A stretch of DNA of 64,000 nucleotides from the human T2T-CHM13v2.0 reference genome, Homo sapiens, in assembly GCA_009914755.4 (NCBI GenBank), contig CP068257.2:26176001-26240000 (forward strand), in the 5' to 3' direction. A program made the translations under genes and the position numbers. The number at the start of each line of letters is the position of its first letter. Positions within the stretch are counted from its first letter, which is position 1. The notes beneath the pieces were generated by a model, which was not told the DNA's origin, made no database searches, and worked only from the letters and a program-made list of their open reading frames with translations. Of this stretch, positions 42,900-55,627 are shown piece after piece.

Positions 42900-43160
<261 letters not shown>

Positions 43161-44232
43161 TAGATGATGCTTGGTATTGTTCCCATTTATTTTTAAAACT
43201 TGATATTTCTTCAGAGAATAAACTTTGACTGTTATATGATGACAACATGTCGGGTATCATCAATTTGGATTTTGTTAGATTCATTTTTTTTTTAGAATCC
43301 CAAGATAAATTGCTCAGTTTTTATGCTTAGTTTAAATTTGAGAGCCTTAATATAAACTTGTACAATTTTGTTGTCACTGTATGTTTTGTTATTATTTGGG
43401 AGGTGAGGAGAGTTCATTTGCAGTACAATTTTAGCATATTTTATAATATAGTCAGTCAAAAAAAAAAGCTTCACATGTATATATTTCTTCTTTATTTTAG
43501 ACTGTAGGTTATGTATTTTAAAACCAATGGTTAGATGTCCCGTTATACAGATTTACTTCTTCCTATTTGGTGATTTTTTGATGCATTAAAAAGAGAAAAT
43601 TGTATAAACTTAATGACTATTGACAAGTATTCAGAGAGATAATAAAGATCTATAATTAGCACAATGGAAGGACCTCCAAATCCACACTCTTTTGACGTTT
43701 TCTCACCTAAAAAGTATTTATTGCAGTTTTACTGGTCGATTGGTTGTCATTTTTCTTTCAGTTGTGTTTCTATGCAGAAATTGCATGGAACTGAACAGGA
43801 ATTGCATTAGAATTGAGATTGCTTCCGATATTATTCACTAATGGGCAAATCCATTACTTTAGGTCCATTTCATATACAAGGAAATGCAGTTATTCCAAGG
43901 ACAATTCAGGTAAATAACTACCGCAGCATGGACCCAAGGGTAGCAGTAGAAAGTGGTGCTGCTCTAAGTTTCTCCTCTAGTGGATGCCAAAAGAAAACAT
44001 TCTTATCACTGTGTACATGCTAGGCATAATTGTTTTGGTATGTGTTCAGCACAGGCTTTGGCAAAAGTCTTTCTATGTAAATCCAAACAGTAACTGTTGA
44101 ATTACTCATTTAAACTTACGTGTTTCACAGCACAAGTTGTTAGTGAAAGGTTTCAACTTCTTATTTTAGACATTAAACAGATACCTCAAATGTTTGGGAA
44201 TTCTTCGTTTACATCTCAGCAATGGAAATATT

Positions 44233-44236
<4 letters not shown>

Positions 44237-44267
<31 letters not shown>

Positions 44268-44275
44268 CTAGCCAA
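44237..44275. repeat. (T)39 mononucleotide tract
   Basis: atttagc + T39 + agctagcc read directly. Confidence 0.97.
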
Positions 44276-45581
44276 GAGTCCCTGTACAGTGAGCAATCTT
44301 TTGGGGTCTTATCTTCTCAGCACTGAAGAATTTCTATGTGGACACTAAAGTAATATTAAAACCACTCACTCTCACTGGTAATTTACAAAATACAGTTTTA
44401 ATAAACAGCAATATCGACAACAACAATAGCAGTGATGAAACCTCTGAGGCAAGAGAGAATGTTAATTTTAGCAAAGAGTGTCTTGTCAACTGGACAAGCC
44501 TTACCAGTTCCTAGCCTCTAGTTTGTATACATTTATGCAATCATTTTGAATATCTACTCCCTGCATGCTGGTAAAAAAAATATGTGTCAGGACATTACAT
44601 GTGAAGGGATAATTCAACATTTAAGTTTTTAAGAGTATGTTTTTTTCAGATCTTGTTCCCCAAAGTTAAACATTGTGGTAGATTGAGACTTTCATTATTA
44701 AATATTCTTACAGAAAACAGGAAATCATAAGGTCTTATTTATAATCATTAAGAGAAACCTGAAGGCCAATTACTCATTGAGTGTCAGGCAACTCAATTAC
44801 ATTATTGTGTAGGACTTTGGTATGATAAAAGAATCCTCAGAACTATATTAAAAAATTGTGAGAAGGAGTTTACACAGGTCAGCCTATAAAACTACTGCAT
44901 AATTTCTATCTGTAAATTAAAATAGAAAAGAAAAAAGATTGAATTAAATATGATAATAGTAAATTTCATTTCTAAGTGTGCCAAACTAGCTGGCCTTTCC
45001 TATTCTTGAATAAAATTATTCTGGTTGCCATAATGCATCCCGAAGCTTACCTAGATGAGGAGAAATTCAAAGTATTCCAACGTCTGGCCTCATGAATAGA
45101 TCAAGCCTTGGGGGAAACCAGTGATCTCTTGGCAACAGGACCAGAAGGTACGTAATCTCTTGTTTTAATTATATTTCATCTGCTGAAAAATTGCTTATCT
45201 CTCTGAGATTTATCTTAGAGATGACTGAAAGTAATTTTGTGACCTTCACATTGTCCATATCTAAGTTAGATAATTGAAAATTTGGTGAGGATCCCAAAAC
45301 CTCAAGTATGTATGGAGATTAAGATTTCCAACTCTGAAGAAAAACTGTCAGGTTCAAATCTTGGTCCTGTTCACCTCTGATGACTAGCTCTGTGGTTACG
45401 AAACCCTCCTGCCTCCCTTTATCCATCTGAAAAAAAAAATTGGTATGACTACATGGTTTGGCAAGTGGGGGCTAACTGAGCTACTAGACAACTTACACCG
45501 TAAGTTGACACAAAGCACATGTACAATAAGCATAATTAATATTACATTATTTTATTTTGTATGAGGTGGCAACAAATAGTT

Positions 45582-45808
45582 ATCACATGCTTAATTTTAA
45601 ATAAGCATTAATAGTGGTAGAAATTAAGGAAATATATTAGAGAAAACTCTTAGAAATATGAAGGCTCTATCTAGTTATATTTGTTTCTTATGTATCACAT
45701 CCTCAATTTTAAATAAGAAGCATTAATAATAGTAGAAATTAAGAAAATACATTTATTAGAAAAGTCTATTAGAAATATCAAGGCTTAATCTAATTATATT
45801 TGTTTGTT
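45582..45808. repeat. ~112-bp tandem duplication (2 copies, ~85% identical)
   Basis: Copy A 45582-45693 'atcacatgcttaattttaaataagcattaatagtggtagaaattaaggaaatatattagagaaaactcttagaaatatgaaggctctatctagttatatttgtttcttatgt'. Copy B 45694-45808 'atcacatcctcaattttaaataagaagcattaataatagtagaaattaagaaaatacatttattagaaaagtctattagaaatatcaaggcttaatctaattatatttgtttgtt'. Confidence 0.9.
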
Positions 45809-45968
45809 AACTGAACTTGAGACATATGAATATTCACATACTTTAAGATATTTTATCACCTATTTGAAGAGGGACTCTGGCCACTCTAAGAACAACTCGC
45901 ACATAGCAAAAACTAGTGATTGAGTACATTCTAAAGAGTAACATACATTTTGAAAGTAAGCTGTTGTT

Positions 45969-46284
<316 letters not shown>

Positions 46285-48380
46285 TTATTGAACTTTTTAT
46301 TATTACTTAATTACAAGAAAAAAACAAAGTAAACAACCAAAAAAATTATAGTGTTGAGAAAATGCCAAGGCTGCTCACCCACTTCTTTAACCATTCTTCA
46401 AACTTACCATATATATTTTTTTTGACTAAGTGAGATAAATCACATTGAAATGCATGAAATAATGTCTGGCATCCGGTAGATGCTCAGTGACTTTGTCCCC
46501 TTTAATGGTTTCAGCTGGCTAGGATTTCACACGAAGAACAGTAGCATTTTGGTATCACTAGGCTAACGTCCATTTTCTGTATTGGAGAGTAGAGAAACCC
46601 CTTGGGTGATAGCTTATTTTACCTACTATGGAATTTTTACAGAACAAAGTTAAGGGTCATCTGCTGTGTGGATTCCCACTGGTTACGTGAGACGTGGCAG
46701 AACATAATGGTAAGAAGAAGGATTCAGGAGCTGAACCATCTGGGTTCTTCAGGCTATATCACCTACTGCCTATGAGAGGCTTAGCCAGTTAGTTACCTTT
46801 GCGAGCTTCCTCTGGTGAGAATCAGAAGAGTTAATACATAAGGCACCAATTATAATACTAACCCTGGGATGTAAAAAGGCTGAGTTATTATTACTGGTTA
46901 CCATTATTATTAAGAGTGTTAATAATAATTACTACAGCAATCTTTTCTAGACAAGGGAAAGTGAAGCAACTAATTAACTCTCAAGGAAAAAAAGGTTTTT
47001 TTTCACTGCTAAAGACTATTAACTCTGACATGAGTTTTAGAATAGTTTTGCTTTCTCTCTCTTTGCCTATATTTTCTTTATTTTTTATTCTAATGTTTTC
47101 AATTTACTCAAGGATTTTGGTACTAGATGGTGGTTCTGGTAGGCTGATCAAAGTTCATACCACAGGCAGTTAATTTTACCCAGATGGCTCCTGGTTCCTT
47201 TCTTTTTTAAATAAATCATATCCACTGCCGAGGTTGATATGAGGACTTCTGTCCATTGGCAAGTAGCATTGTAGCCACAATCTCTTATTAAAGCTTGAAA
47301 CAAAATGGTGATTACTAGTGTTTATGGCCAAATTTTGTTCATGCCTGCCCACTGAATTTGTTTGGATACCAGGAAATTACGGACTGTGTGATTCAAATTA
47401 GGATAAGAGATTAAACCCTGGGAGCCATTCTTTAGCAAAGACTGTGCTGTTAAAAAAAATGGAAAATATCCTTTTAACCAAGTCAGTGAAATTAGCTTAG
47501 TCATGAGGATTGCAAGTGAGCTTTCTGAACTTGAGATGTAAACACAGTGCCAAAAAATTTCATCAGGAGACTGGGGAGAGATGCTGATTCTTATTTTGTG
47601 AGAGATTTGTAATGCTAACTTAATCTTCTGACTGAACCCCTTAATTTCCCATTTTTAACTATTCTAGATGCTTGTCTCAGGAAATGGAAGAAGAAGTCTC
47701 CTCAATGTTACCAGAGACATGCCATGTCATTTCTATCTTCTCGATACAACTACTTAGTTCCTTTTTTCTTTCATTTTTGCATAATTTCCATAGCAACATG
47801 TACATGGTGACTACATTACATCAATCAGCACCTCCACTCCTGGTCCCAGTTTTTTCTTTGCTAATCCTCACTGCTGACTTTTGTTGTTGTGGTTTCATTA
47901 TCATTTCACAAGGTAACTACTGTCACCTTGGAAATGAATTGCGTGGTCAAAGCCCTTTAATACACAAAATATGTAAAATCTCCTCTTATGCGTATTATAC
48001 ATGAAAGAAGGTAAGACCATCAGTTAGTTGTGTCTCCTCTGTAGAAATAGCCAGAGCACCAGGACAGCTGCATCCTCTTTCATAGAAGTAGGAGAGCAGA
48101 TGCTGAGGCAGGACACAATAGTTCTTCAGCCTGTGTTTTCTCCACTTGCATCCTAGAGCACTTGTTGAACTCTCTCTTAGGTAAATGGTAATATTTTCTG
48201 AAGGCACTAAGGGAATTTTTACCATGAGGGTAAATACCAATTAGCTATTATCTCCTCTTAGTAGGAGTGTAGCACAAAGAACTTCTGATTGATTGCTTTT
48301 CAGGGGCAGGGATAATTTGTTTGTTTGCTTGTTTATATAATTATTTATGATTTTAGTCAGATTGCATTCTAAGACTTTAG

Positions 48381-48705
<325 letters not shown>

Positions 48706-50202
48706 CATTTTCCTATTTAAGCTTTGCCACTGAAAATTTTCTGTCTTTAAGTCCCACATAACAACTGCAGCCTGTAACATCTTGCTGACTGGCTTGACAG
48801 AGGATGGCCAATTTTTGTGTTTAGGCTCAGATGTGCAGTGCTGGGTTCTCAAATTGTGTCCCAGCCTGGGACAGTGTGGCTTTAATAACATCCTCATTAT
48901 CCATCCTTTATACAAAAAAACCTTATATCTGTATGCAAAGCCATGGGCTCTTAAGATTTTGAGTGCATCATACACGCTACAGGCAGCAGATATATGAAGG
49001 ATGTGCTTTCAGGCCAATCCCTGCCTAGTGTAGGCCCAGGTGGTATAATGCCTCATAACAGACCACATTCCCTGGGCAAAGACATTGTGAATGGTGGGAT
49101 TAGTACCCTCCTGTGACATGTGACATCCTCCTTTGACCTACTCATTATGATTTGGATAGTTCCCCTCAAGTTTGGGCTAGAGTGTCAGTGAGTGGATTAA
49201 CTCAGGACAATTCCAGTTCTTTCTATGTACCTTACTTTCATCATGAGGGATATGAAGAAAACATTAGATCATGTTGGATGCTGTTTGTCTGTTGTTTGGT
49301 TGGTTGGGTTTAACTATAAGAGCAGGTATCTAGTCTTCTAATTTTGTAAGGCTGCCATAATAATTTACATCCAAGCTGGTGGCTTAAAACAACAGATATT
49401 TATTCTCTCACAGTTGTAGAAACCAAAAGTCTGGAATCAGTGTCAGAGGACCATGTTCCTTCCAAAAGCCCTAGGGAAAAATTTTAATTCTTCCTTGCCT
49501 CTTCCAGCTTTTGGTGGCTCCAGGCGTTTCTTGGCTGATGGCAGCATAACTCCAGTCTCTACTTTTGTCTTCATATGTCATTATTCCCTACGTTTCTTTG
49601 TATTCTCCTTTTCTGTCTCTTATAAGGACACTCATTGGTGGATTTCGTGCTTATCTCAATCCAGCATGACCTCAAATTAAGATGCTAACCTTAATTACAT
49701 CTACAAAGATTCTTATGCCAAATAAAGTTACATTCTGAGATTCCAGTTGAACATATCTTTGGGGAGCCACTGTTGAACCTACTATGCCTAACAGCTCAGG
49801 CCTGTCCCAAGGGCAGATTTAAAAAGAAAGAGAAATTCATTTTGCTTTCTGATTTTGAGATTGTTCCTCTTACCCCTACACTCCATTTTCAACCCCTGAA
49901 CTTTATCAAGAAAGCTCAAAGACAAAATGTGGCCAAGGTTGGCAATAAATACATTTTTGCCAATAATCTGATGGGAAATGTATGTTACTTCTTATAAATC
50001 AAAATAAATTGGATCTGCTGGCAATCTGGTTAACCTGCAATTTAGATTATGACAATGGTGTTCTTATTTTATGCATTTTCACATGCTCCAAATCTCCTTC
50101 TGTATCCCTTTCTAAAATTTTGCTGAGAGTCCATCTTTTCTGACCAAAGGTGATTTGATTCTCCACTAAAGTAGTTATTAAAAATATCTCCTTGTAGATA
50201 AA

Positions 50203-50595
50203 GAAAAAGTGGTTCATGTATACCACTGGAATTCTACACAGCCATAAAAAAGAACAAAATTAGGTTATTTGCAGCAAAATGGATGCATATGGAGGCCATT
50301 ATCCTAAGCAAGATAACATGGAAACAGAACCAAATACTGCATGTTCTCACTTATAAGCAGGAGCAAACTATTGGGTATTCATGGTAATAATGGTGGAAAG
50401 GATAGTCACTGGGGACTACTAGAGGATGGAAAGAGGGTGAGAGGCAAGGGCCAAAAAACTATTTTTTGGGTCTTATGCCCACTACCTCGGTGAAAGATTG
50501 ATTCATACTCCAAACCTCAACATCACTCAATATACCTTTGCAACTAACCTGCATGCATACCCCCAATTCTAAAATAAAAGTTGAAAAAAAAAAAG
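50203..50595 (+). mobile_element. L1 extreme 3' end (older L1P/L1M-like), sense, ~390 bp
   Basis: 'aaaagtggttcatgtataccactggaattctacacagccataaaaaagaacaaaattaggttatttgcagcaaaatggatgcatatggaggccattatcctaagcaagataacatggaaacagaaccaaatactgcatgttctcacttataagcaggagcaaactattgggtattcatgg...aacctgcatgcatacccccaattctaaaataaaagttgaaaaaaaaaaagc' (cf. L1 '...aaaatgtggcacatatacaccatggaatactatgcagccataaaaaa...gcagcaacatggatggagctggaggccattatcctaagtgaa...'). Confidence 0.88.
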
Positions 50596-52888
50596 CTTAG
50601 AAAAGAATTGAAGGAAATACAAAAATAAGTTACCATGACTACCTCTTGATGGTGAGTATGGGTAATTTTTGTTGGTTTATATTGACCCCCTATTTAGCAA
50701 AATTCCTGAAATGATCACATTAATGGGAAAATATAGTTTTTCAGTTCCTAGAAAGGTTTGCTTGGTTTGTGTTTAAAAACAAATGATTCAATGGCTCTTT
50801 TCACAGACTTGATGGTGATTTGGGAGAAAATCCAGAAATTGGTGACCTATCATGAGTTCATAATTAGGCGATTATTTCTGATAAACCATTTCAATAGCAT
50901 TAAAATGCTAAGCTGAACTAAGATGTTCATGAAATGTATTCAAATAAACAAACCCAATTTAAATATGATTGTATAAAAATATCTTACTTGAATTGATAAT
51001 ATAAATGCAAAATTTGTGAATGTTTATTTATAGTTCCTGTAATTTGGGGAAATTAAAGTCACTTGGGAACAATGTTTACTTCACTAGCAACCAAAGGAGT
51101 ACAATTGAAAAATAATGACTTGAAAATATAAAAGTTAAAAAGGACTTCATTTCTTTTCACACAGTCTGAAAGAGTGAGTGCACAAGCTTTTCTCTGCCCA
51201 ACTCCTCTTTGTCCACAACGAATTTTCAGAATTCCTCCGTGTCTGTCTTATAATTTCATTCCTTGCTCATCTAAGCAAGTTGGTTCAGAAACCCTAAGAC
51301 TCTTATACCGTCAGTTGGGTTAGTTTAAAATAACCCCTATGAGCAGTTCAACACTGAATTGGCAATGCTTTGGAAAGCAGAGACCCTGTCAGCTAACCAG
51401 CCATCCTTTAAAATCAATTCATATTCTCACAGTCCCTGGGGATTGTTTCACAGAGCTAAAATTTCGCTGTTGGAACAGGGTTGCTTGAAGATAACAGGGA
51501 CACTTGAAGGTAAGGATGTCAATATTTTGCTGTTTCTGAATGTCATTCATTCACAGATGGCTTAAGACATTTCAATTAATTCAAAGATGGCATAAGAAAT
51601 TTGGATTTTCAAACTTTAGTTTTCTCATCTTAGAGTTTGAGGTAATTTTATTTGTCAGCTGCCAGAAAATAAAAAGAACGCGTAAGGTAGCAGACTAATA
51701 TCTACACTGACCTATTGTAAAACCAGAAGGACCCATTTATTCAGCAAGAGACTTCTTTACTGTGTCTAGTTCAGGTTCCCGGAAAGATGGGACAATTCGT
51801 AGTAACACTCATTCCTTCTGCTAAGTGTCATGAGATAGGTTTAGACATACGGTCTCATTTTGATGATGTTTTAAACTTTGTTTATTTTACATAACCTGTG
51901 ATAGAGCCAGTCAATGTAGGGGCCTAAACGTCGGTATAGCCTGTAATTTTGACAGATGCCCAGATTGTGGTATTGAGAAATAGGACAGATGTCCCGAGGG
52001 GCATATGTATAGAAATAGATGACATTTCACAGAGAATTTACTAATTTAATATAATGCTGAAACAACATGTGATAGTAGTTGAACCCATAATATAGAATAC
52101 ATTTGGGGAAATTTTTCTCACATATTTGACGTGGTGCCCAGAACTATATGATGTGAAGAGTAATTGTGTGTTTTATATGGGAACACATTAGTAAAACCTC
52201 ATGTAAATCAAAATCAATCCAGATGAAAAATAATTAATAATGGTGTTTACAAACTCAAATAATACCTGCACAAGGCAATGGTATAAACAAAGTTTACAAT
52301 GCCTCCAGATGGCAATATTTGAAAGATGATTTCGAGTTTTACACACAAATCGAGAATTTATTCATATAACATATGGAGCTAACTAAAATCCATATAATTC
52401 AAATTCGCTTACATTGTAACTAAATGGAATGGAAAAGGAGTTCCTGTTCATTTTACCACTTTCAGAATAGAAAATTCTGGATCTGGTGAAAATTGATCAT
52501 TTTCCTTTTGTTTTAATTCAAGGTATAGACCCGTGTCTAAAGACATGGTTAACTGTTTAAGGAGAATAGAAGATGAAGAAGGGTTAAATGACAAGCAAGT
52601 TTTAAAAGTCTGATATCAACTAATTTTTAGGCAAGGAAGATTTAAAAATTTCACTGTGATTTGAGTGAGAAGCCCCTGATTTCTTATATCACATTGTAAG
52701 TTTAAAGAGGTAGGAATAAAAACATCATGGCTAAATCACCTGAAATGACTTCAAATTTTCTACAAATGATAAACATATCCAATGTGATAATTATAATTCA
52801 AGGCCCATTTTAATCTGACCCTAAATTTTCTTTCCCATTCTAAAAATCAATAAGCTAATCAATAAGCTCATAACATCCTACAGATTCT

Positions 52889-52913
52889 GCACACACACAT
52901 GCACACACACACA
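52889..52913. repeat. Short (CA)n microsatellite (interrupted)
   Basis: acacacacatgcacacacacacaga. Confidence 0.9.
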
Positions 52914-53204
52914 GAGAAACACAGTCACTTCTTCAAACACATTGTTTTTTCATTTTTCTTCACCTTTCATCTATTTATTTATTTGAGTGCCCACCTCCAA
53001 GGTAAGAGGGTTATTGAGATAATTTTATAAATGTCATGGGGCTTGCCCTCATAAAGTCTATATTCCAGAAAGGAAGTTGATAAGAAACAACCAATGGTTC
53101 AATTATTTATTAAAATTAGTTTTGATCATTATCTCTCTATCCACTATTAATCTACCTATAATCTTCTTTGCTCTTTTCCATGTTTAATGAACTCTTAGAC
53201 TTTT

Positions 53205-53707
53205 CTTTTAACTTTTATTTTAAGTTCACGAGTACAAGTGCAGGTTTGGTACATTGGTAAATTTGTGTTGTGGTGGTTTATTGTACAGATTATTTCATCA
53301 CCCTGATATTAAGCCTAATACCCACTAGTTATTTTTCCTGATCCTCTCCCTCTACCCTCTACCCTGTGAAAAGCCCCAGTGGGTGTTGTTTCCCTCTGTG
53401 TCCATGTGTGCTCATCAGTTAGCTCCCACTTATAAGTGAGAACATGTGGTATTTGGTTTTCTGTCTCTACATTAGTTGGCTAAGAATAATGGCCTCCAGC
53501 TCCATAATGTCCCTAAAAAGGACATGATCTCACTCTTTTTATGGCTGCATAGTATTCCATGATGAATATGTACCATATTTTCTTTATCCAGTCTATCACT
53601 GATGGGCATTTAGATTGATTCCATGTCTTTGCTTTGTGAATAGTGCTGCAATGAAGATATGCATGCATGTGTCTTTATAATAGAGTAATTTATATTCCTT
53701 TGGGTAT
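53205..53707 (-). mobile_element. L1 3' terminal fragment (L1PA/PB-like 3'UTR plus end of ORF2), antisense. This is the distal part of an L1 split by the THE1 solo LTR at 53708-54080
   Basis: ttttaacttttattttaagttcacgagtacaagtgcaggtttggtacattggtaaatttgtgttgtggtggtttattgtacagattatttcatcaccc...cttataagtgagaacatgtggtatttggttttctgtctctacattagttggctaagaataatggcctccagctccataatgtccctaaaaaggacatgatctcactctttttatggctgcatagtattccatgatgaatatgtaccatattttctttatccagtctatcactgatgggcatttagattgattccatgtctttgctttgtgaatagtgctgcaatgaagatatgcatgcatgtgtctttataatagagtaatttatattcctttgggtat. Confidence 0.9.
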
Positions 53708-54080
53708 TGATAAGGTTTGGCTGTTACCCCACCCAAATCTCATCTTGAATTATAGCTCCCATAATTCCCATGTGGCATGAGAGGGACCCAGTGGAAGATA
53801 ATTGAATCATGGGGGCAGGTCTTTCCCATGCTGTTCTCCTGATAGTGAATAGATCTCATGAGATCTGATGGTTTTATAAATGGGAGTTGCCCTGCACAAG
53901 TTACAAGTTCTCTCTTGCCTGCCTCCATGTAAGATGTGACTTTGATCCTCATTCTCTTTCTGCCATGATTGTGAGGCCTCCCCAGCCATGTGGAACTGTG
54001 AGTCCATTAAACCTCTTTTCTTTATAATTTACCCAGTTTCAGATACATCTTTATTAACAGCATGAGAACAGACTAGTACC
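53708..54080 (+). mobile_element. THE1-type MaLR solo LTR inserted into (and splitting) the antisense L1
   Basis: tgataaggtttggctgttaccccacccaaatctcatcttgaattatagctcccataattcccatgtggcatgagagggacccagtggaagataattgaatcatgggggcaggtctttcccatgctgttctcctgatagtgaatagatctcatgagatctgatggttttataaatgggagttgccctgcacaagttacaagttctctcttgcctgcctccatgtaagatgtgactttgatcctcattctctttctgccatgattgtgaggcctccccagccatgtggaactgtgagtccattaaacctcttttctttataatttacccagtttcagatacatctttattaacagcatgagaacagactagtac. Collinear with THE1B over its full length. Minus ORFs 53740-53952 and 53807-54007 are LTR read-through (MDSQFHMAGEASQSWQ…). Confidence 0.92.
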
Positions 54081-54302
54081 GGTAATGGGATTACTGGGTT
54101 GAGTGGTATTCCTTTCTTTAGGTCTTTGAAGAATCACCACCCTGTCTTCCACAATGGATGAACTAATTTACACTCCCACCAACTGTGTATAAGCATCCCT
54201 TTTTCTCTACAACCTTGCCAGCATCTTTCATTTTTTTATTTTTGATAATAGCCATTCTGACTGGTGTTAGTATCTCATTGTGGTTTTGATTTGCATTTCT
54301 CA
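54081..54302 (-). mobile_element. Continuation of the split L1 (ORF2 C-terminal region), antisense
   Basis: ggtaatgggattactgggttgagtggtattcctttctttaggtctttgaagaatcaccaccctgtcttccacaatggatgaactaatttacactcccaccaactgtgtataagcatccctttttctctacaaccttgccagcatctttcatttttttatttttgataatagccattctgactggtgttagtatctcattgtggttttgatttgcatttctc. This directly continues the L1 antisense consensus after '...cctttgggtatatacccagtaatgggattgctggg'. Confidence 0.9.
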
Positions 54303-54689
54303 GAGTCTAAAATCTAGAATTAAAACTTTTAACTTGGTAAGCCTATGTTGAATGGCTACAGAGAACCTAGATAAGCAATTTTCATTTGCATTTTATCCAA
54401 AACAGGTGGCAAGAAGAAAAGTTTAAGAATTTCAGGTGGCTTGATTGGACTCTTCTTCATGGGCCCTGAGTCAAGGACCTTCTCTTCCAGTGAATTTAAG
54501 GGTTTTGTGGAACACTAGTCTTTCTTTATGAACTCTGTCCTCTTTTCTCATACGATTTATCTTTTCCATATATGGATGGAATAAAACTGCAGAAAATATA
54601 ATGAAATGGAAAACCATATATTTTTTAAAATAGAAATTTTTGAGTATTGACGTTCAAGGTTTTAATTCTAGATTAAAAAATACATTTTA

Positions 54690-55627
54690 TTTACACACTC
54701 ATCAGTTAATGGGCGCTTGAATTATTTTCACTTTTGGTTTATTATGAATAATGCTACTATGAACATTAATGTAGAAGTATTTGTGTGAACAAATAGAACA
54801 GACATGGTCAGTTCTCTTGGGTATATTCCTACAAGTAGAATTTCTGGGTCATATGGCAGCTCTATGTTTGATTTTATGCAGAATTTCTAAACTGTTTTTC
54901 AAAGAAACTGTTTTACATTCTGAGAAGCAATGTATGAGAGTTCTAATTCTTTTACATCCTCAACAACACTTGTTATTATCTGTCTTTTTTATTATAGTTA
55001 TTCTGGTATTTGTGAAGTTTCATCTCATTATGATTGTGATTTGCATTTCCCTAATGGCTAATAACAGTCAGCATACTTTCGTGTGCCTGTTGGCCATTTG
55101 TATATCTTCCTTGGCGTAAAGTCTTTCAAATTACTTGCTCATTTTTTAATTATTTGTCTTTTGATTTTTTGGTTGTAACAGTTCCGTATATATTATGCAT
55201 AAGTCCTTATCAGATACACAATGTGAAAATATTTTAGTCCTGCTATACTTGGTTTTCCCCTTTATAAGTGGTGTATTTTGTAGATCAAAAGCCTTTAATT
55301 TTAATGAAGTCCAATTTAACAATATTTTTCTTGTGTTGCTTGTGTTTTAAGTGTCATATTGTTTGTTAAGTGTCATAGGTTTTTTAATATGAATGAGTGT
55401 GGGATTTTCTCCAAAGATTTTTCTACAACCATTGTCATGATTATCCTTTTTGATCCTTTATTTTATTAATATAAATATTTTATTAATTGATTCTCCATTG
55501 TTGAAGCGTATCTGGGATAAATCCTACTTGGTCATGCTGTGTAATCCTATTTAAAGTTACTGGGTTTAGTTTGCTAGTATTTGAGGGTTTTTTCTGTTTG
55601 CTTTGTATTTATAAGGAATATCAGACA
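54690..55627 (-). mobile_element. Ancient L1 (L1M/L1MB-like) ORF2 C-terminal fragment, antisense
   Basis: 'aatgggcgcttgaattattttcacttttggtttattatgaataatgctactatgaacattaatgtagaagtatttgtgtgaacaaatagaacagacatggtcagttctcttgggtatattcctacaagtagaatttctgggtcatatggcagctctatgtttgattttatgcagaatttctaaactgtttttcaaagaaactgttttacattctgagaagcaatgtatgagagttctaattcttttacatcctcaacaacacttgttatt...gtgatttgcatttccctaatggctaataacagtcagcatactttcgtgtgcctgttggccatttgtatatcttccttggcgtaaagtctttcaaattacttgctcatttttt', 'aaatcctacttggtcatgctgtgtaatcctatttaaagttactgggtttagtttgctagtatttgagg'. Typical L1M antisense phrases ('...cattcccaccaacagtgtacaagggttcccttttctccacatcctcaccaacacttgttat...gatttgcatttccctgatgattagtgatgttgagc...'). 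Confidence 0.8.
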
